Origin: Methanocellales archaeon
Lineage (GTDB): Archaea > Halobacteriota > JAWCLZ01
Assembly: GCA_038850285.1 (NCBI GenBank)
Contig: JAWCMA010000008.1
Location: forward strand, 33,383-44,404
Reading direction: 5' to 3'
Length of the DNA stretch: 11,022 nucleotides
The position numbers and the translations under genes were made by a program. The notes beneath the pieces are model-generated. The model was not told the DNA's origin, did no database searches, and saw only the letters and a program-made list of their open reading frames with translations. This document shows, in pieces, positions 1-7,905 of the stretch (position 1 is its first letter; every line of letters begins with the position of its first letter).

Positions 1-758
1 AAAGTACCAATTGGAATCCCGCCTCTTACGAAGTTCTGCTTTTGTCCAGAGTACCTCGAGCTAGCAGTTGGATGACTTGAGAGGATATGCTCGAGATAGC
101 GCGCTGCATTTTTAAATGTTGCAACTCCAATTCTAGCGCTGCAGCTGTTAATAGGCACAGCCCAAGCGAAGAAACCAGGTGCGAAATCTCTACCTAGATA
201 GATCTCTACAAAGCTACTATCCCAAGGCTTAAAGCCTGCTTCAATTTGCGCTGCTGAGAGAATTTTTTTCACTCTTCCAAGTTCAGCATCTCTAGCTATT
301 TTACTCTTCAAACCATCAGCTGCTATTGCTACTTTGCATTTGATTTCAAATCGCTTCCCCTGTGAAATTGCCTGTATTTTACCCTGTGAAAAATTCAAAG
401 CTTTAGTATTCAGCAGAATTTCTACTCCTTCAGATATAGCTCTATTTGCAAGCTCTCTATCAAATTCTTCTCTATCAACCACATAGGCTTTAGCTTCCCT
501 CCCATCGATTGCAAGCATTTTACCACGCGGGGAATAGATATATGCACCTCTCACTTTATTCAAAATGAACTTCCCTTCATCAAGCTCGCATTCTTTTAAA
601 ACCTCTTTACTGAGCAAACCAGTGCAGCGAGCTGGAAACCCGACTCTCTCATGTTCCTCAATCAGCAGCGTTTTTGCTCCATATTTCGAGGCATATTTAG
701 CTGCCACGCTACCTGCAGGGCCTGCGCCAATAACTGCTACGTCGCAGTTCAACTTCAT
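1..758 (-). CDS. FAD-dependent oxidoreductase, geranylgeranyl reductase family (5' part only; the 3' end runs off the window)
   Basis: This ORF is not in the supplied track because it has no stop in the window. The reverse complement from the ATG at 758..756 reads MKLNCDVAVIGAGPAGSVAAKYASKYGAKTLLIEEHERVGFPARCTGLLSKEV... and stays open to position 3 (...NFVRGGIPIGT). It has a classic N-terminal Rossmann GxGxxG dinucleotide fold (VIGAGPAG) followed by an acidic residue at the end of beta-2 (LLIEE). The layout is typical of archaeal GGR/FixC-like flavoproteins. Confidence 0.65.
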   Translation of the reverse strand, partial: MKLNCDVAVIGAGPAGSVAAKYASKYGAKTLLIEEHERVGFPARCTGLLSKEVLKECELDEGKFILNKVRGAYIYSPRGKMLAIDGREAKAYVVDREEFDRELANRAISEGVEILLNTKALNFSQGKIQAISQGKRFEIKCKVAIAADGLKSKIARDAELGRVKKILSAAQIEAGFKPWDSSFVEIYLGRDFAPGFFAWAVPINSCSARIGVATFKNAARYLEHILSSHPTASSRYSGQKQNFVRGGIPIGT

Positions 759-772
759 TTTCAACAGCAATT

Positions 773-780
773 CTTTTAAA
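773..780. promoter_or_regulatory. Single TATA-like element (CTTTTAAA) in the 33-bp divergent intergenic region
   Basis: It is the only AT-rich box between the divergent start codons at 758 (-) and 792 (+). It is near-symmetric, so it could serve either direction. It lies closer to both ATGs than the usual spacing of about 26 nt. Confidence 0.25.
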
Positions 781-791
781 CACCGAAAGAT

Positions 792-1091
792 ATGAGATTT
801 GCTATTACCATGTTTATCATAATAAAAACTGCTCTAGCACTTGCAGCTGGATATATAGTTAGCTATTTCTTCCCCTCCAAATTGCAAGCCATTGAAAGAG
901 CTGTAATTGCACTTGGAACTGGAATTGCAATTTTAATTCTCGTCAATTTTTTCCTTCTCGGTTTTAAAGGCGTTATTGAAATAAGAGAGAATTTAATATG
1001 GATTATGGTAATTATAATAATAGCCTTTGGCCTGCAGATATATCTCTATCACCATCTCCATGTCCATTCCCATCTCCATCGCTATCGGTGA
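792..1091 (+). CDS. Small integral membrane protein (about 3 TM helices) with a His-rich C-terminal tail; function unknown
   Basis: The 99-aa ORF has three long hydrophobic stretches (FAITMFIIIKTALALAAGYIVSYFF, AVIALGTGIAILILVNFFLLGF, LIWIMVIIIIAFGLQIYLY). The tail is HHLHVHSHLHRYR. The stop at 1089-1091 lies 5 nt before the pth2 start. The start is uncertain, and Met7 at 810 is an alternative. Confidence 0.5.
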   Translation: MRFAITMFIIIKTALALAAGYIVSYFFPSKLQAIERAVIALGTGIAILILVNFFLLGFKGVIEIRENLIWIMVIIIIAFGLQIYLYHHLHVHSHLHRYR

Positions 1092-1096
1092 ATCCA

Positions 1097-1450
1097 ATGA
1101 GCAATTTTCAATATAAGCAAGTGATCGTTGTAAGAGAGGATTTAAAGCTCTCGAAGGGTAAGTTAGCTGTTCAAGTTGCCCACGCTGCTATAGAGGCCTA
1201 TGAAAAAGCAGAGGAAAAAATAAAGGAAGCTTGGAGAGGTGAAGGCCAGAAAAAAGTGGTGCTTAAAGTAAGCTCTTTAAGCCAATTGCTTGATCTCAAA
1301 GCGAGAGCTGAGAGTTTGGGTTTTGCTTGTGCATTGATCGCAGACGCAGGCTTGACTGAAGTACCCCCTGGGACTATAACTGCACTTGGAATAGGTCCTG
1401 AGAAGGCTGAGAAGCTCGATTCTTTAACTGGTAATTTAAAGCTGCTTTGA
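1097..1450 (+). CDS. pth2: Peptidyl-tRNA hydrolase, archaeal/eukaryotic Pth2 type (117 aa)
   Basis: MSNFQYKQVIVVREDLKLSKGKLAVQVAHAAI...GQKKVVLKV...DAGLTEVPPGTITALGIGP...TGNLKLL matches the conserved Pth2 blocks and the typical length of about 115-120 aa. A GGTGA Shine-Dalgarno sits 5 nt upstream of the ATG at 1097. The longer track ORF starting at 998 overlaps the preceding gene and adds a low-complexity S/P stretch, so I trimmed it. Confidence 0.88.
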   Translation: MSNFQYKQVIVVREDLKLSKGKLAVQVAHAAIEAYEKAEEKIKEAWRGEGQKKVVLKVSSLSQLLDLKARAESLGFACALIADAGLTEVPPGTITALGIGPEKAEKLDSLTGNLKLL

Positions 1451-1490
1451 AGGGTTATTCTTATCTATCTAATTTGTGAAGTGATCTCAT

Positions 1491-2498
1491 ATGCATCTCA
1501 AGGCATATTTAATTAGGCGAATGCTTTCTCTTCTCCCAGTTCTACTTGGTGTGAGTTTCATTACCTTTGCGGTTTCCCATTTAATACCTGCAGATCCAGC
1601 TAGGATCTGGGCAGGGGCGCGTGCAACCTCTGAGCAGATTAAAATAATTACCGTGCAATATCACCTTAATGAGCCTCTTCACCTGCAGTATTTTTATTAT
1701 CTCAATGACTTGCTGCATTTAAACTTGGGAATCTCGCCTACCACAAATAGACTCGTTGTTCAAGACCTAGCTGAATATTTCCCAGCAACTCTAGAACTTG
1801 CGATTTACAGCATGCTTATTGTAATCATATTTGGAGTTTTCCTAGGCGTGCTTGCAGCATTTCAAAAAAATAAAGCCCTCGATAGCATAATAAAGGGCGT
1901 AGCCACTCTCGGGATTTCAATGCCCATATTTTGGCTTGGCCTTGTACTTCAGCTTATCTTCTATTACCAGCTTGGCCTCTTTCCATATGGGGGGCGAATT
2001 TCAGGAGTGACTCCTCCTGTGCATATAACTGGGCTTTATACTCTGGATAGCTTGCTTAGCTTTAATTTCGAGGCACTGCTCAATAGCTTGTGGTGCCTTG
2101 CACTGCCATCGTTTACCCTGGGCTTTGGTTTAATGGGGATAATTCTGAGACATACAAGGGCAAGCATGTTGGAAGTGCTGAGTCAAGATTATATAACTGC
2201 AGCTAGAGCCAGAGGGCTGCCTGAGCGCAGAGTGCTATTTAAACATGCTCTTAAAAATGCTTTAATACCAACCGCTACCATAGGGGGGTTTCTCTTCGGC
2301 TTGCTCCTTGGAGGGGCAGTTGTCACTGAAACTGTATTTGCTTGGCCAGGTATAGGTCGATATGCAGTTGGCTCAATGTTAAGCCTTGACTTCCCAGCGA
2401 TGATGGGCGTTACCCTGCTTGCGGCTGTTATTTATGTTGTGGTGAATTTTACCGTGGACTTGATCTATGTATTGCTTGATCCTAGAATAGGATATTGA
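1491..2498 (+). CDS. ABC transporter permease, DppB/OppB/NikB type (peptide/nickel, PepT family)
   Basis: The 335-aa protein has the typical N-terminus (YLIRRMLSLLPVLLGVSFITFAVSHLIPADPA). It also has about 6 TM segments and the EAA-like loop (YITAARARGLPERRVLFKHALKNALIP). Confidence 0.9.
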   Translation: MHLKAYLIRRMLSLLPVLLGVSFITFAVSHLIPADPARIWAGARATSEQIKIITVQYHLNEPLHLQYFYYLNDLLHLNLGISPTTNRLVVQDLAEYFPATLELAIYSMLIVIIFGVFLGVLAAFQKNKALDSIIKGVATLGISMPIFWLGLVLQLIFYYQLGLFPYGGRISGVTPPVHITGLYTLDSLLSFNFEALLNSLWCLALPSFTLGFGLMGIILRHTRASMLEVLSQDYITAARARGLPERRVLFKHALKNALIPTATIGGFLFGLLLGGAVVTETVFAWPGIGRYAVGSMLSLDFPAMMGVTLLAAVIYVVVNFTVDLIYVLLDPRIGY

Positions 2499-2502
2499 GA
2501 CC

Positions 2503-3336
2503 ATGCCATTGAATCTGAAGCAAGTGAAGTGGAAAAGCTCAGCAGCGATAGGGGGCGGGATTCTTCTAAGCTTGATTTTGATCGCCATATTTGGACCGAT
2601 TCTCGCACCTAGCGATCCCTATGAGCTGAATTTTGAGGAGAAGCTTCAGCCACCCAGTTTTAAGCATGTCTTTGGAACAGATGAATTTGGCAGAGATATA
2701 TTTATTAGAGTAATACATGGCGCGAGACTTTCACTTGGAATCGCCGCGATAACACTGCTAATTTCAGCTTTACTTGGCACCTTCATTGGAATGATCGCTG
2801 GATATCTAGGTGGCTGGGTCGATGAAATATTGATGAGAATAGCTGACATTTTTCTCTCCATCCCAAGTTTAATTTTAGCCCTTGCAATTACAGCTTCGCT
2901 TGGGCCTAGTTTGAGCAATGTAATGATAGCCATTGGAATTGCTTGGTGGCCATTATATGCGAGATTGATGCGCGCGCAAGTGCTCGGGGTTAAGCAAAAT
3001 CAATATGTACTTGCTTCTCAAGCCATGGGAGGCAGCGCTGGATATATATTGCTTCGCCATATTCTTCCAAATTCAATCTCCCCCATTATGATAAACGCTG
3101 CCATGGATATAGGCAATATCCTCCTTGCAGTAACTGCCCTTGGATTCATTGGATTTGGAGCACAGCCCCCATTTCCTGAATGGGGAAGGCTGGTGGTTGA
3201 TGGAAGGGCTTATTTGCTCTCAGCGTGGTGGTATTCAACGCTACCTGGCTTTGCCATTTTCATTGCAGTGCTAAGCGCAAATCTATTAAGCGATGGCCTC
3301 AGGGATATTCTAGACCCAAGGTGGAAATATGAATGA
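2503..3336 (+). CDS. ABC transporter permease, DppC/OppC/NikC type
   Basis: The 277-aa protein has FGTDEFGRDIFIRVIHGAR, the hallmark of the OppC/DppC N-terminal region. It also has an EAA-like loop (YVLASQAMGGSAGYILLRHILPNSISP). It starts 4 nt after the previous stop. Confidence 0.9.
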   Translation: MPLNLKQVKWKSSAAIGGGILLSLILIAIFGPILAPSDPYELNFEEKLQPPSFKHVFGTDEFGRDIFIRVIHGARLSLGIAAITLLISALLGTFIGMIAGYLGGWVDEILMRIADIFLSIPSLILALAITASLGPSLSNVMIAIGIAWWPLYARLMRAQVLGVKQNQYVLASQAMGGSAGYILLRHILPNSISPIMINAAMDIGNILLAVTALGFIGFGAQPPFPEWGRLVVDGRAYLLSAWWYSTLPGFAIFIAVLSANLLSDGLRDILDPRWKYE

Positions 3337-4228
3337 AGTTTTACTTAGTGTTAAAAACCTTAGAGTGAGCTATTTCACCAGAAGTGGTATAATTAAGGCT
3401 GTCGATGGCGTTAGCTTCGAGGTAAAGAAAGGTGAAACTCTAGGGCTTACTGGGGAAAGTGGATGTGGCAAGACAACAACTGCACTTGCCATTCTCAAAC
3501 TGCTTGCAAATGCGGTAATCGAGGGCGAGGTGCTATTCAATGGCGAGGATCTGTTGAGGAAAACTGAGAAGGAACTTCGATTAATTCGCGGGCGGGAGAT
3601 CTCCATGATATTTCAAGAATCAACTGGTTTAAATCCAGTTTTGAAAATTGGCGATCAAATCCGCGAGGTAATAAAAACACCCGAAAGCTCGCTTGATCCA
3701 ATAAAACTTCTCCGCTTAGTGGAGCTTCCGGAGCCAAAAATTCTGCTGAACTGCTATCCCCATCAATTAAGCAGCGGGATGAGGCAGAGGGTAATGATTG
3801 CACTTGCAATTGCAAGCAAGCCAGAACTAGTGATAGCTGATGAGCCAACTTCAATGCTCGATGCTACCATTCAGCTGCAGATTTTAAATTTGCTGAAGCG
3901 GCTTAAGAGAGAACTCAAACTTGCAATGCTATTAATATCCCACGATTTGAATATATTAAAGCAAATATGCGATAACATAGCATTTATGCACGCCGGCAAA
4001 CTTATAGAGCTATATCCAACATTTGAAAAGCCGCTTCATCCCCATATTCGCGCTCTCCCAGGCATATCTTCAAGTAGTTTGGAGATAGAAGATATTTCTC
4101 CACCTAGAGGCTGCTTTTACCAAAAGCGATGTAAATATGCAGAGCTAACTTGCTATGTTAATGAACCTGAATTCCGCGAAGTAAAACCCGGTCATTTTCT
4201 AAGCTGCCACGTAAGGGGTGGTATATGA
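3329..4228 (+). CDS. ABC transporter ATP-binding protein, DppD/OppD type
   Basis: Motifs seen are Walker A GESGCGKTT, Q-loop MIFQES, signature LSSGMRQR, Walker B LVIADEPTSMLD and H-loop ISHD. The C-terminal Opp/Dpp-type extension carries C262/C268/C275/C293. The gene overlaps the upstream gene by 8 nt. An AGGTGG Shine-Dalgarno lies upstream. Confidence 0.92.
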   Translation: MNEVLLSVKNLRVSYFTRSGIIKAVDGVSFEVKKGETLGLTGESGCGKTTTALAILKLLANAVIEGEVLFNGEDLLRKTEKELRLIRGREISMIFQESTGLNPVLKIGDQIREVIKTPESSLDPIKLLRLVELPEPKILLNCYPHQLSSGMRQRVMIALAIASKPELVIADEPTSMLDATIQLQILNLLKRLKRELKLAMLLISHDLNILKQICDNIAFMHAGKLIELYPTFEKPLHPHIRALPGISSSSLEIEDISPPRGCFYQKRCKYAELTCYVNEPEFREVKPGHFLSCHVRGGI

Positions 4229-5163
4229 AAATCGTGGAAGCTAAAGAATTGCGCAAATACTTCAAGATCAAAAAAGGGCTCATTAGAGGGGAAGAGGTCA
4301 TACGAGCGGTGGATGGAATAAACCTAGAAATCGAAAAAAGCGAGACATTAGGCTTGGTGGGAGAAAGTGGATGTGGCAAGACTACTACTTGCAAGCTGCT
4401 TTTACGCTTATTAGAGCCTGATAGCGGGAGTATAGTTTTTAATGGTATTGAGATTACAAAGCTAGAGAGAACTGAGCTGCAGCAGCTTCGACCGCAGATG
4501 CAAATGATCTTTCAAGATGTATCAACTGCCTTTGACCCGAGGATGAAAATAGAAGAAATAATATGCGAGCCCCTTGTGATTTGTGGAGTAAGCGAGAAAG
4601 AGAAGAAGGAGCGATTGAGGGAAATAATAATAGATACCAAAATAAGCCCCAGTTTATTGGATAAATATCCACATCAACTGAGCACTGGTCAAAAACAACG
4701 CGTGGGAATCGCTAGGGCTTTGATTTTAAAACCCAAGTTATTAATAGCCGATGAACCAATTTCCCACCTCGATGTAGCAATACAGATGCGGATTTTAAAT
4801 CTACTTAAGGATTTAAAGGAGAAGCATAAGCTAAGCTATCTCTTTGTGGCGCATGATTTAAAAGCAGTGAGATACATAGCTAACCGCGTTGCAGTTATGT
4901 ATCTAGGCAAAATCCTAGAAACTGCAAGCTGTGAATCGATCTTCACCAAGCCAGTGCATCCATATACAATTGCATTGCTCGCTTCCTCGAGCTTGCAAGA
5001 GGAATGGCTACTGCTTCAGGGAGAGCCTCCGAGTACACTAAATCCACCTTCTGGCTGCAGATTTCACCCTCGCTGCCCAGTGCGTGAGCAAATCTGCTTT
5101 GAGGAAGAACCGAAGATGGTAAAAGCAGGCAGAGAGCACTTCGCCGCTTGCCATTTTGTTTAA
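4225..5163 (+). CDS. ABC transporter ATP-binding protein, DppF/OppF type
   Basis: Motifs seen are Walker A GESGCGKTT, Q-loop MIFQD, signature LSTGQKQR, Walker B LLIADEPISHLD and H-loop VAHD. The C-terminal extension carries C278/C284/C291/C309. There is an ATGA start/stop overlap with the previous gene and a GGGGTGG Shine-Dalgarno. Confidence 0.92.
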   Translation: MKIVEAKELRKYFKIKKGLIRGEEVIRAVDGINLEIEKSETLGLVGESGCGKTTTCKLLLRLLEPDSGSIVFNGIEITKLERTELQQLRPQMQMIFQDVSTAFDPRMKIEEIICEPLVICGVSEKEKKERLREIIIDTKISPSLLDKYPHQLSTGQKQRVGIARALILKPKLLIADEPISHLDVAIQMRILNLLKDLKEKHKLSYLFVAHDLKAVRYIANRVAVMYLGKILETASCESIFTKPVHPYTIALLASSSLQEEWLLLQGEPPSTLNPPSGCRFHPRCPVREQICFEEEPKMVKAGREHFAACHFV

Positions 5164-5170
5164 TTTTTTT
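5164..5170 (+). terminator. Oligo-T tract (T7) immediately after the ABC operon stop codon
   Basis: The sequence is TAA TTTTTTT at 5161-5170. Runs of 5 or more T are the usual intrinsic termination signal for archaeal RNA polymerase. The tract overlaps the stop codon (5169-5171, minus strand) of the convergent RNA ligase gene. Confidence 0.4.
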
Positions 5171-6293
5171 ACCAAGGCTGTCCTTTTAATACTGCCTTGG
5201 TTTTATCAGTAGTGCTTTGCATTAGCTTGCGGATGTTAACAGCATAACTGCCATCGCTGTCTCTCTTGGGTTCGTCAAATATAGCTTCAACCCCTAAGCG
5301 GCGAAGGTGTGCTTCGAATTCCTCGATGGTTTTTAAACTTCGCACTCTGATGTGAGCATTTTCAAAGATCTGTTTTCCTTCTTTGCATTTCTTTATGCTC
5401 TCAACCATGGGAAGTAAAATGCTCTCGCCCAAGCGATGGGCTCGCTCTATTATTTTCCTCCTAGACTCGTTGAAATCCACCGCTTGAAAGCCCTCTCTTA
5501 TTATACGGGAAAAGAAGAAGTCTTGGCCATATTCATTGAAAAATTGAAAGGCATATCTTAGATCTGCGCAGGTGCTCTCCGAGGAAGTATATTTAATGGG
5601 TGGAACAAGCATATTTGGGTCTTTAACCACTATTCCCTCTCTACCTGCTCTCCCAAGTTTTCTAATAATTTCCTTCACTTTTCTCTCAAGCTCCATAACT
5701 TCATATTCTCCAAAGACCTTCACACTTCGAATTTTATATTTATTTAAAAGCTCTATCCTTTGCTTTACCGGCATCGATTTACCTGTTTCCTTCTCCTTAA
5801 TATCGAATATAAAGAAATCAACCGATTTAACGCCATAAACAGTTTTAGGGACATAGGGATTATCTGGGCCAACCATTTCACCGCAGAGCATTAACTCAGG
5901 GTTGTCTTCGAAGAAATCCACGTCTATTAATTCAATTGCTTTTTCAGTGGTATAGGGACAGATCAAACCACCTCTAGTGAAAGCATAGACTTTTCCCCCG
6001 GCTTTGGCAAGTCTCACATTGTATCCATTCATCTTCTCTTCAATAACAACCCTCTCCAGCCCTGAGAAATTCCTCGCTATTGCTGCAATTGTCATAGCAC
6101 GGCGAATCTTTGGAAATCCCCGAATCACTTCTCCACTAGCAAAAATGACGGTACCAGTTTCAATCTGTCTTATTCCTCTGTCAAATCGAAAATAAGGAAA
6201 AGGATCGAACACCCTCACAATCTTTTTATTCTCAAGCAATCCCTCAAGGCGGTAAACTGGTAAATCTAGTTTCTCAGCAGCTTTCTCAATCAT
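5169..6293 (-). CDS. ATP-dependent RNA ligase, archaeal Rnl3 family (Pab1020/MthRnl-like), 374 aa
   Basis: Covalent nucleotidyltransferase motif I is EEK(87)MNGYNVR, with the Lys codon at 6033-6035. Further ligase-like blocks are CGEMVGPDNPY, DFFIFDI, GREGIVVKD and PPIKYTS. The size, and the position of the lysine after an N-terminal domain of about 85 aa, fit the homodimeric archaeal RNA ligases. The start overlaps the upstream CBS gene stop (ATGA). Confidence 0.8.
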   Translation of the reverse strand: MIEKAAEKLDLPVYRLEGLLENKKIVRVFDPFPYFRFDRGIRQIETGTVIFASGEVIRGFPKIRRAMTIAAIARNFSGLERVVIEEKMNGYNVRLAKAGGKVYAFTRGGLICPYTTEKAIELIDVDFFEDNPELMLCGEMVGPDNPYVPKTVYGVKSVDFFIFDIKEKETGKSMPVKQRIELLNKYKIRSVKVFGEYEVMELERKVKEIIRKLGRAGREGIVVKDPNMLVPPIKYTSSESTCADLRYAFQFFNEYGQDFFFSRIIREGFQAVDFNESRRKIIERAHRLGESILLPMVESIKKCKEGKQIFENAHIRVRSLKTIEEFEAHLRRLGVEAIFDEPKRDSDGSYAVNIRKLMQSTTDKTKAVLKGQPW

Positions 6294-7060
6294 GCGTGCT
6301 TCAAGGCATTGATGATATCTCTTCTCGTAACTATACCCACAATTTCATCTTTAAAGTTGAGCACGGGCAAGCCGCCTATATCCTCTTGAAGCATGAGCGT
6401 CTTTGCATCTTCAATTAAAGTGTTTGTTCTCACATATTTTACATCCATGGTCATGATATCCTCAACTAGAAGCCTCTTCACTCTACTTTCTTGATGCATC
6501 CCTGGAACTAAGTCGCGAAATGATTTGAAGGCTCTTGCGATATCGGTTTCAGTGATTATACCTATAAGTTTGCCCTCTTCAATCACTGGCAGTCTGCCTA
6601 CATCTCGATCGAGCATAAGCCTCCTCACGTGAACCACTCTATCACTCCTAGCAGCGTTTATAGGCTCGCTCATTATCTCAGAAACATAGCCCTCGAGATG
6701 AATTACTTTGAGCACCTCCTTTGGGGTGATCCAGCCTGCAAGTTTGCCTTCATAAACAGCGAGGGCTTCCGCATTTTTCAAAAGAGCTAGGACATCGCTT
6801 AAGGTTGCATCAGGTAATATCTTGCTGTAGTTATTGCTCAAAGCAGTTGAAACGTGAAGCTGAGTGGCTGGAATGCTTCCCTTCCTTCGCGAGCCCAGTA
6901 CTTTAACGATTTCTCTAAGAGTAATAACACCAGCTAGCTCGCCATCGCTAAGTACAAGCATGGATCTCCTCTTCTTTTTCTCCATTAAATCAAGTGCATT
7001 TGAAAGCGCTTCATTTTTATCTATAGTAACAGGTTCCTCCATTATATCACGCGCGAGCAT
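6290..7060 (-). CDS. CBS-domain-only protein, four CBS motifs (two Bateman modules), 256 aa
   Basis: There are four G-h-h-T-x-x-[DE]-h motifs (GVITLREI, GWITPKEV, GIITETDI, GIVTRRDI). Each is preceded by the usual 'DIM..pV.tv' start and an 'hPVh' strand. There is no catalytic domain. The start overlaps the upstream stop by 1 nt (TAATG). Confidence 0.88.
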   Translation of the reverse strand: MLARDIMEEPVTIDKNEALSNALDLMEKKKRRSMLVLSDGELAGVITLREIVKVLGSRRKGSIPATQLHVSTALSNNYSKILPDATLSDVLALLKNAEALAVYEGKLAGWITPKEVLKVIHLEGYVSEIMSEPINAARSDRVVHVRRLMLDRDVGRLPVIEEGKLIGIITETDIARAFKSFRDLVPGMHQESRVKRLLVEDIMTMDVKYVRTNTLIEDAKTLMLQEDIGGLPVLNFKDEIVGIVTRRDIINALKHA

Positions 7061-7905
7061 TAAACTATCCCCTTTGCAATTGCGGCTACAATATCAGTCT
7101 TGGAGATCATCCCCAGCAGTTCTTCATTTTTCACTGTTATGGCATCAACATCTTCTTCAACGATCATTTTCGCAGCATTTATAGCAAGTGCTCGGGATTC
7201 AATTGTGAAGAGAGGGGAAGACATAATATCCTCAGCAATTACCATTACCTTTTTAACATAGCGATATTCTTTAATACCGGCTGGTGAAGATTTGCGAGTG
7301 AGTTTCAATTCTTTATCGATGCCTCGCTCTAGATTTAAATCTACAAATGCAAGGTCTGAGAGGGTAATTATACCTATAGGAGCTCCTTTCCCATTTACCA
7401 CTATTACTCGGTCCGCTCCATTTTCATTCATTTGATCAATTACGTGATTAACCGAGTGATATCTATGCACAGTTACAATGGTTGAGGACATGAGGTCTCT
7501 CACTTTAACTTCAGATTTAGAATTAGAAAACCACTTAACCAAATCTAATGCTGTGAGCATGCCAATTAGCCTTTCATTTTCCATAACTGGCAACCCTCTA
7601 ATGTTATTCTCAATCATTAGTTCAGCAGCTTGCTTAGGCGTGGCAGAGGGATAAATAGTTATTGGCTTTTCAGTCATAACAAGTTTCACGGGAATGCGAT
7701 CAATAGGTCTCCTCCTCCAATTAGGCTCAGCTTGAAGTAACCGCTGGGTTAAATCTGCCTTTGTTACCATTCCAACTAGCTTCTCGCCCTCGGTAACCGC
7801 TAGTCTAGAGATCTTTCGCTTCAACATGAGGTTTCTTGCCCTAGCTATTGTATCCCTAGTAGAGATGGTGTAAACTGGAGTGGACATTATTTCATCTACC
7901 CTCAT
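7060..7905 (-). CDS. CBS-domain-only protein, four CBS motifs, 281 aa
   Basis: The motifs are GMVTKADL, GMLTALDL, GIITLSDL and GMISKTDI. The N-terminus MRVDEIMSTPVYTI is a typical CBS start. A strong GGAGG Shine-Dalgarno lies 6 nt upstream of the ATG at 7905, inside the end of the preceding gene (14-nt overlap). Confidence 0.88.
   Translation of the reverse strand: MRVDEIMSTPVYTISTRDTIARARNLMLKRKISRLAVTEGEKLVGMVTKADLTQRLLQAEPNWRRRPIDRIPVKLVMTEKPITIYPSATPKQAAELMIENNIRGLPVMENERLIGMLTALDLVKWFSNSKSEVKVRDLMSSTIVTVHRYHSVNHVIDQMNENGADRVIVVNGKGAPIGIITLSDLAFVDLNLERGIDKELKLTRKSSPAGIKEYRYVKKVMVIAEDIMSSPLFTIESRALAINAAKMIVEEDVDAITVKNEELLGMISKTDIVAAIAKGIV

Noticed and set aside
998-1096. 33-codon N-terminal extension of the pth2 ORF (track start at 998)
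   Set aside because: It overlaps the 3' end of the membrane-protein ORF in another frame and encodes a low-complexity SPSPCPFPSPSLS stretch. Met34 (1097) has a GGTGA SD at the right spacing and gives the canonical Pth2 length of about 117 aa.
1451-1490. Promoter or TATA call (TTATCTATCTAA, about 24 nt upstream of the permease ATG) for the ABC operon
   Set aside because: The spacing is plausible for a leaderless mRNA, but the element is degenerate. No terminator separates it from pth2, so co-transcription is equally likely. The support is too weak to list as a feature.
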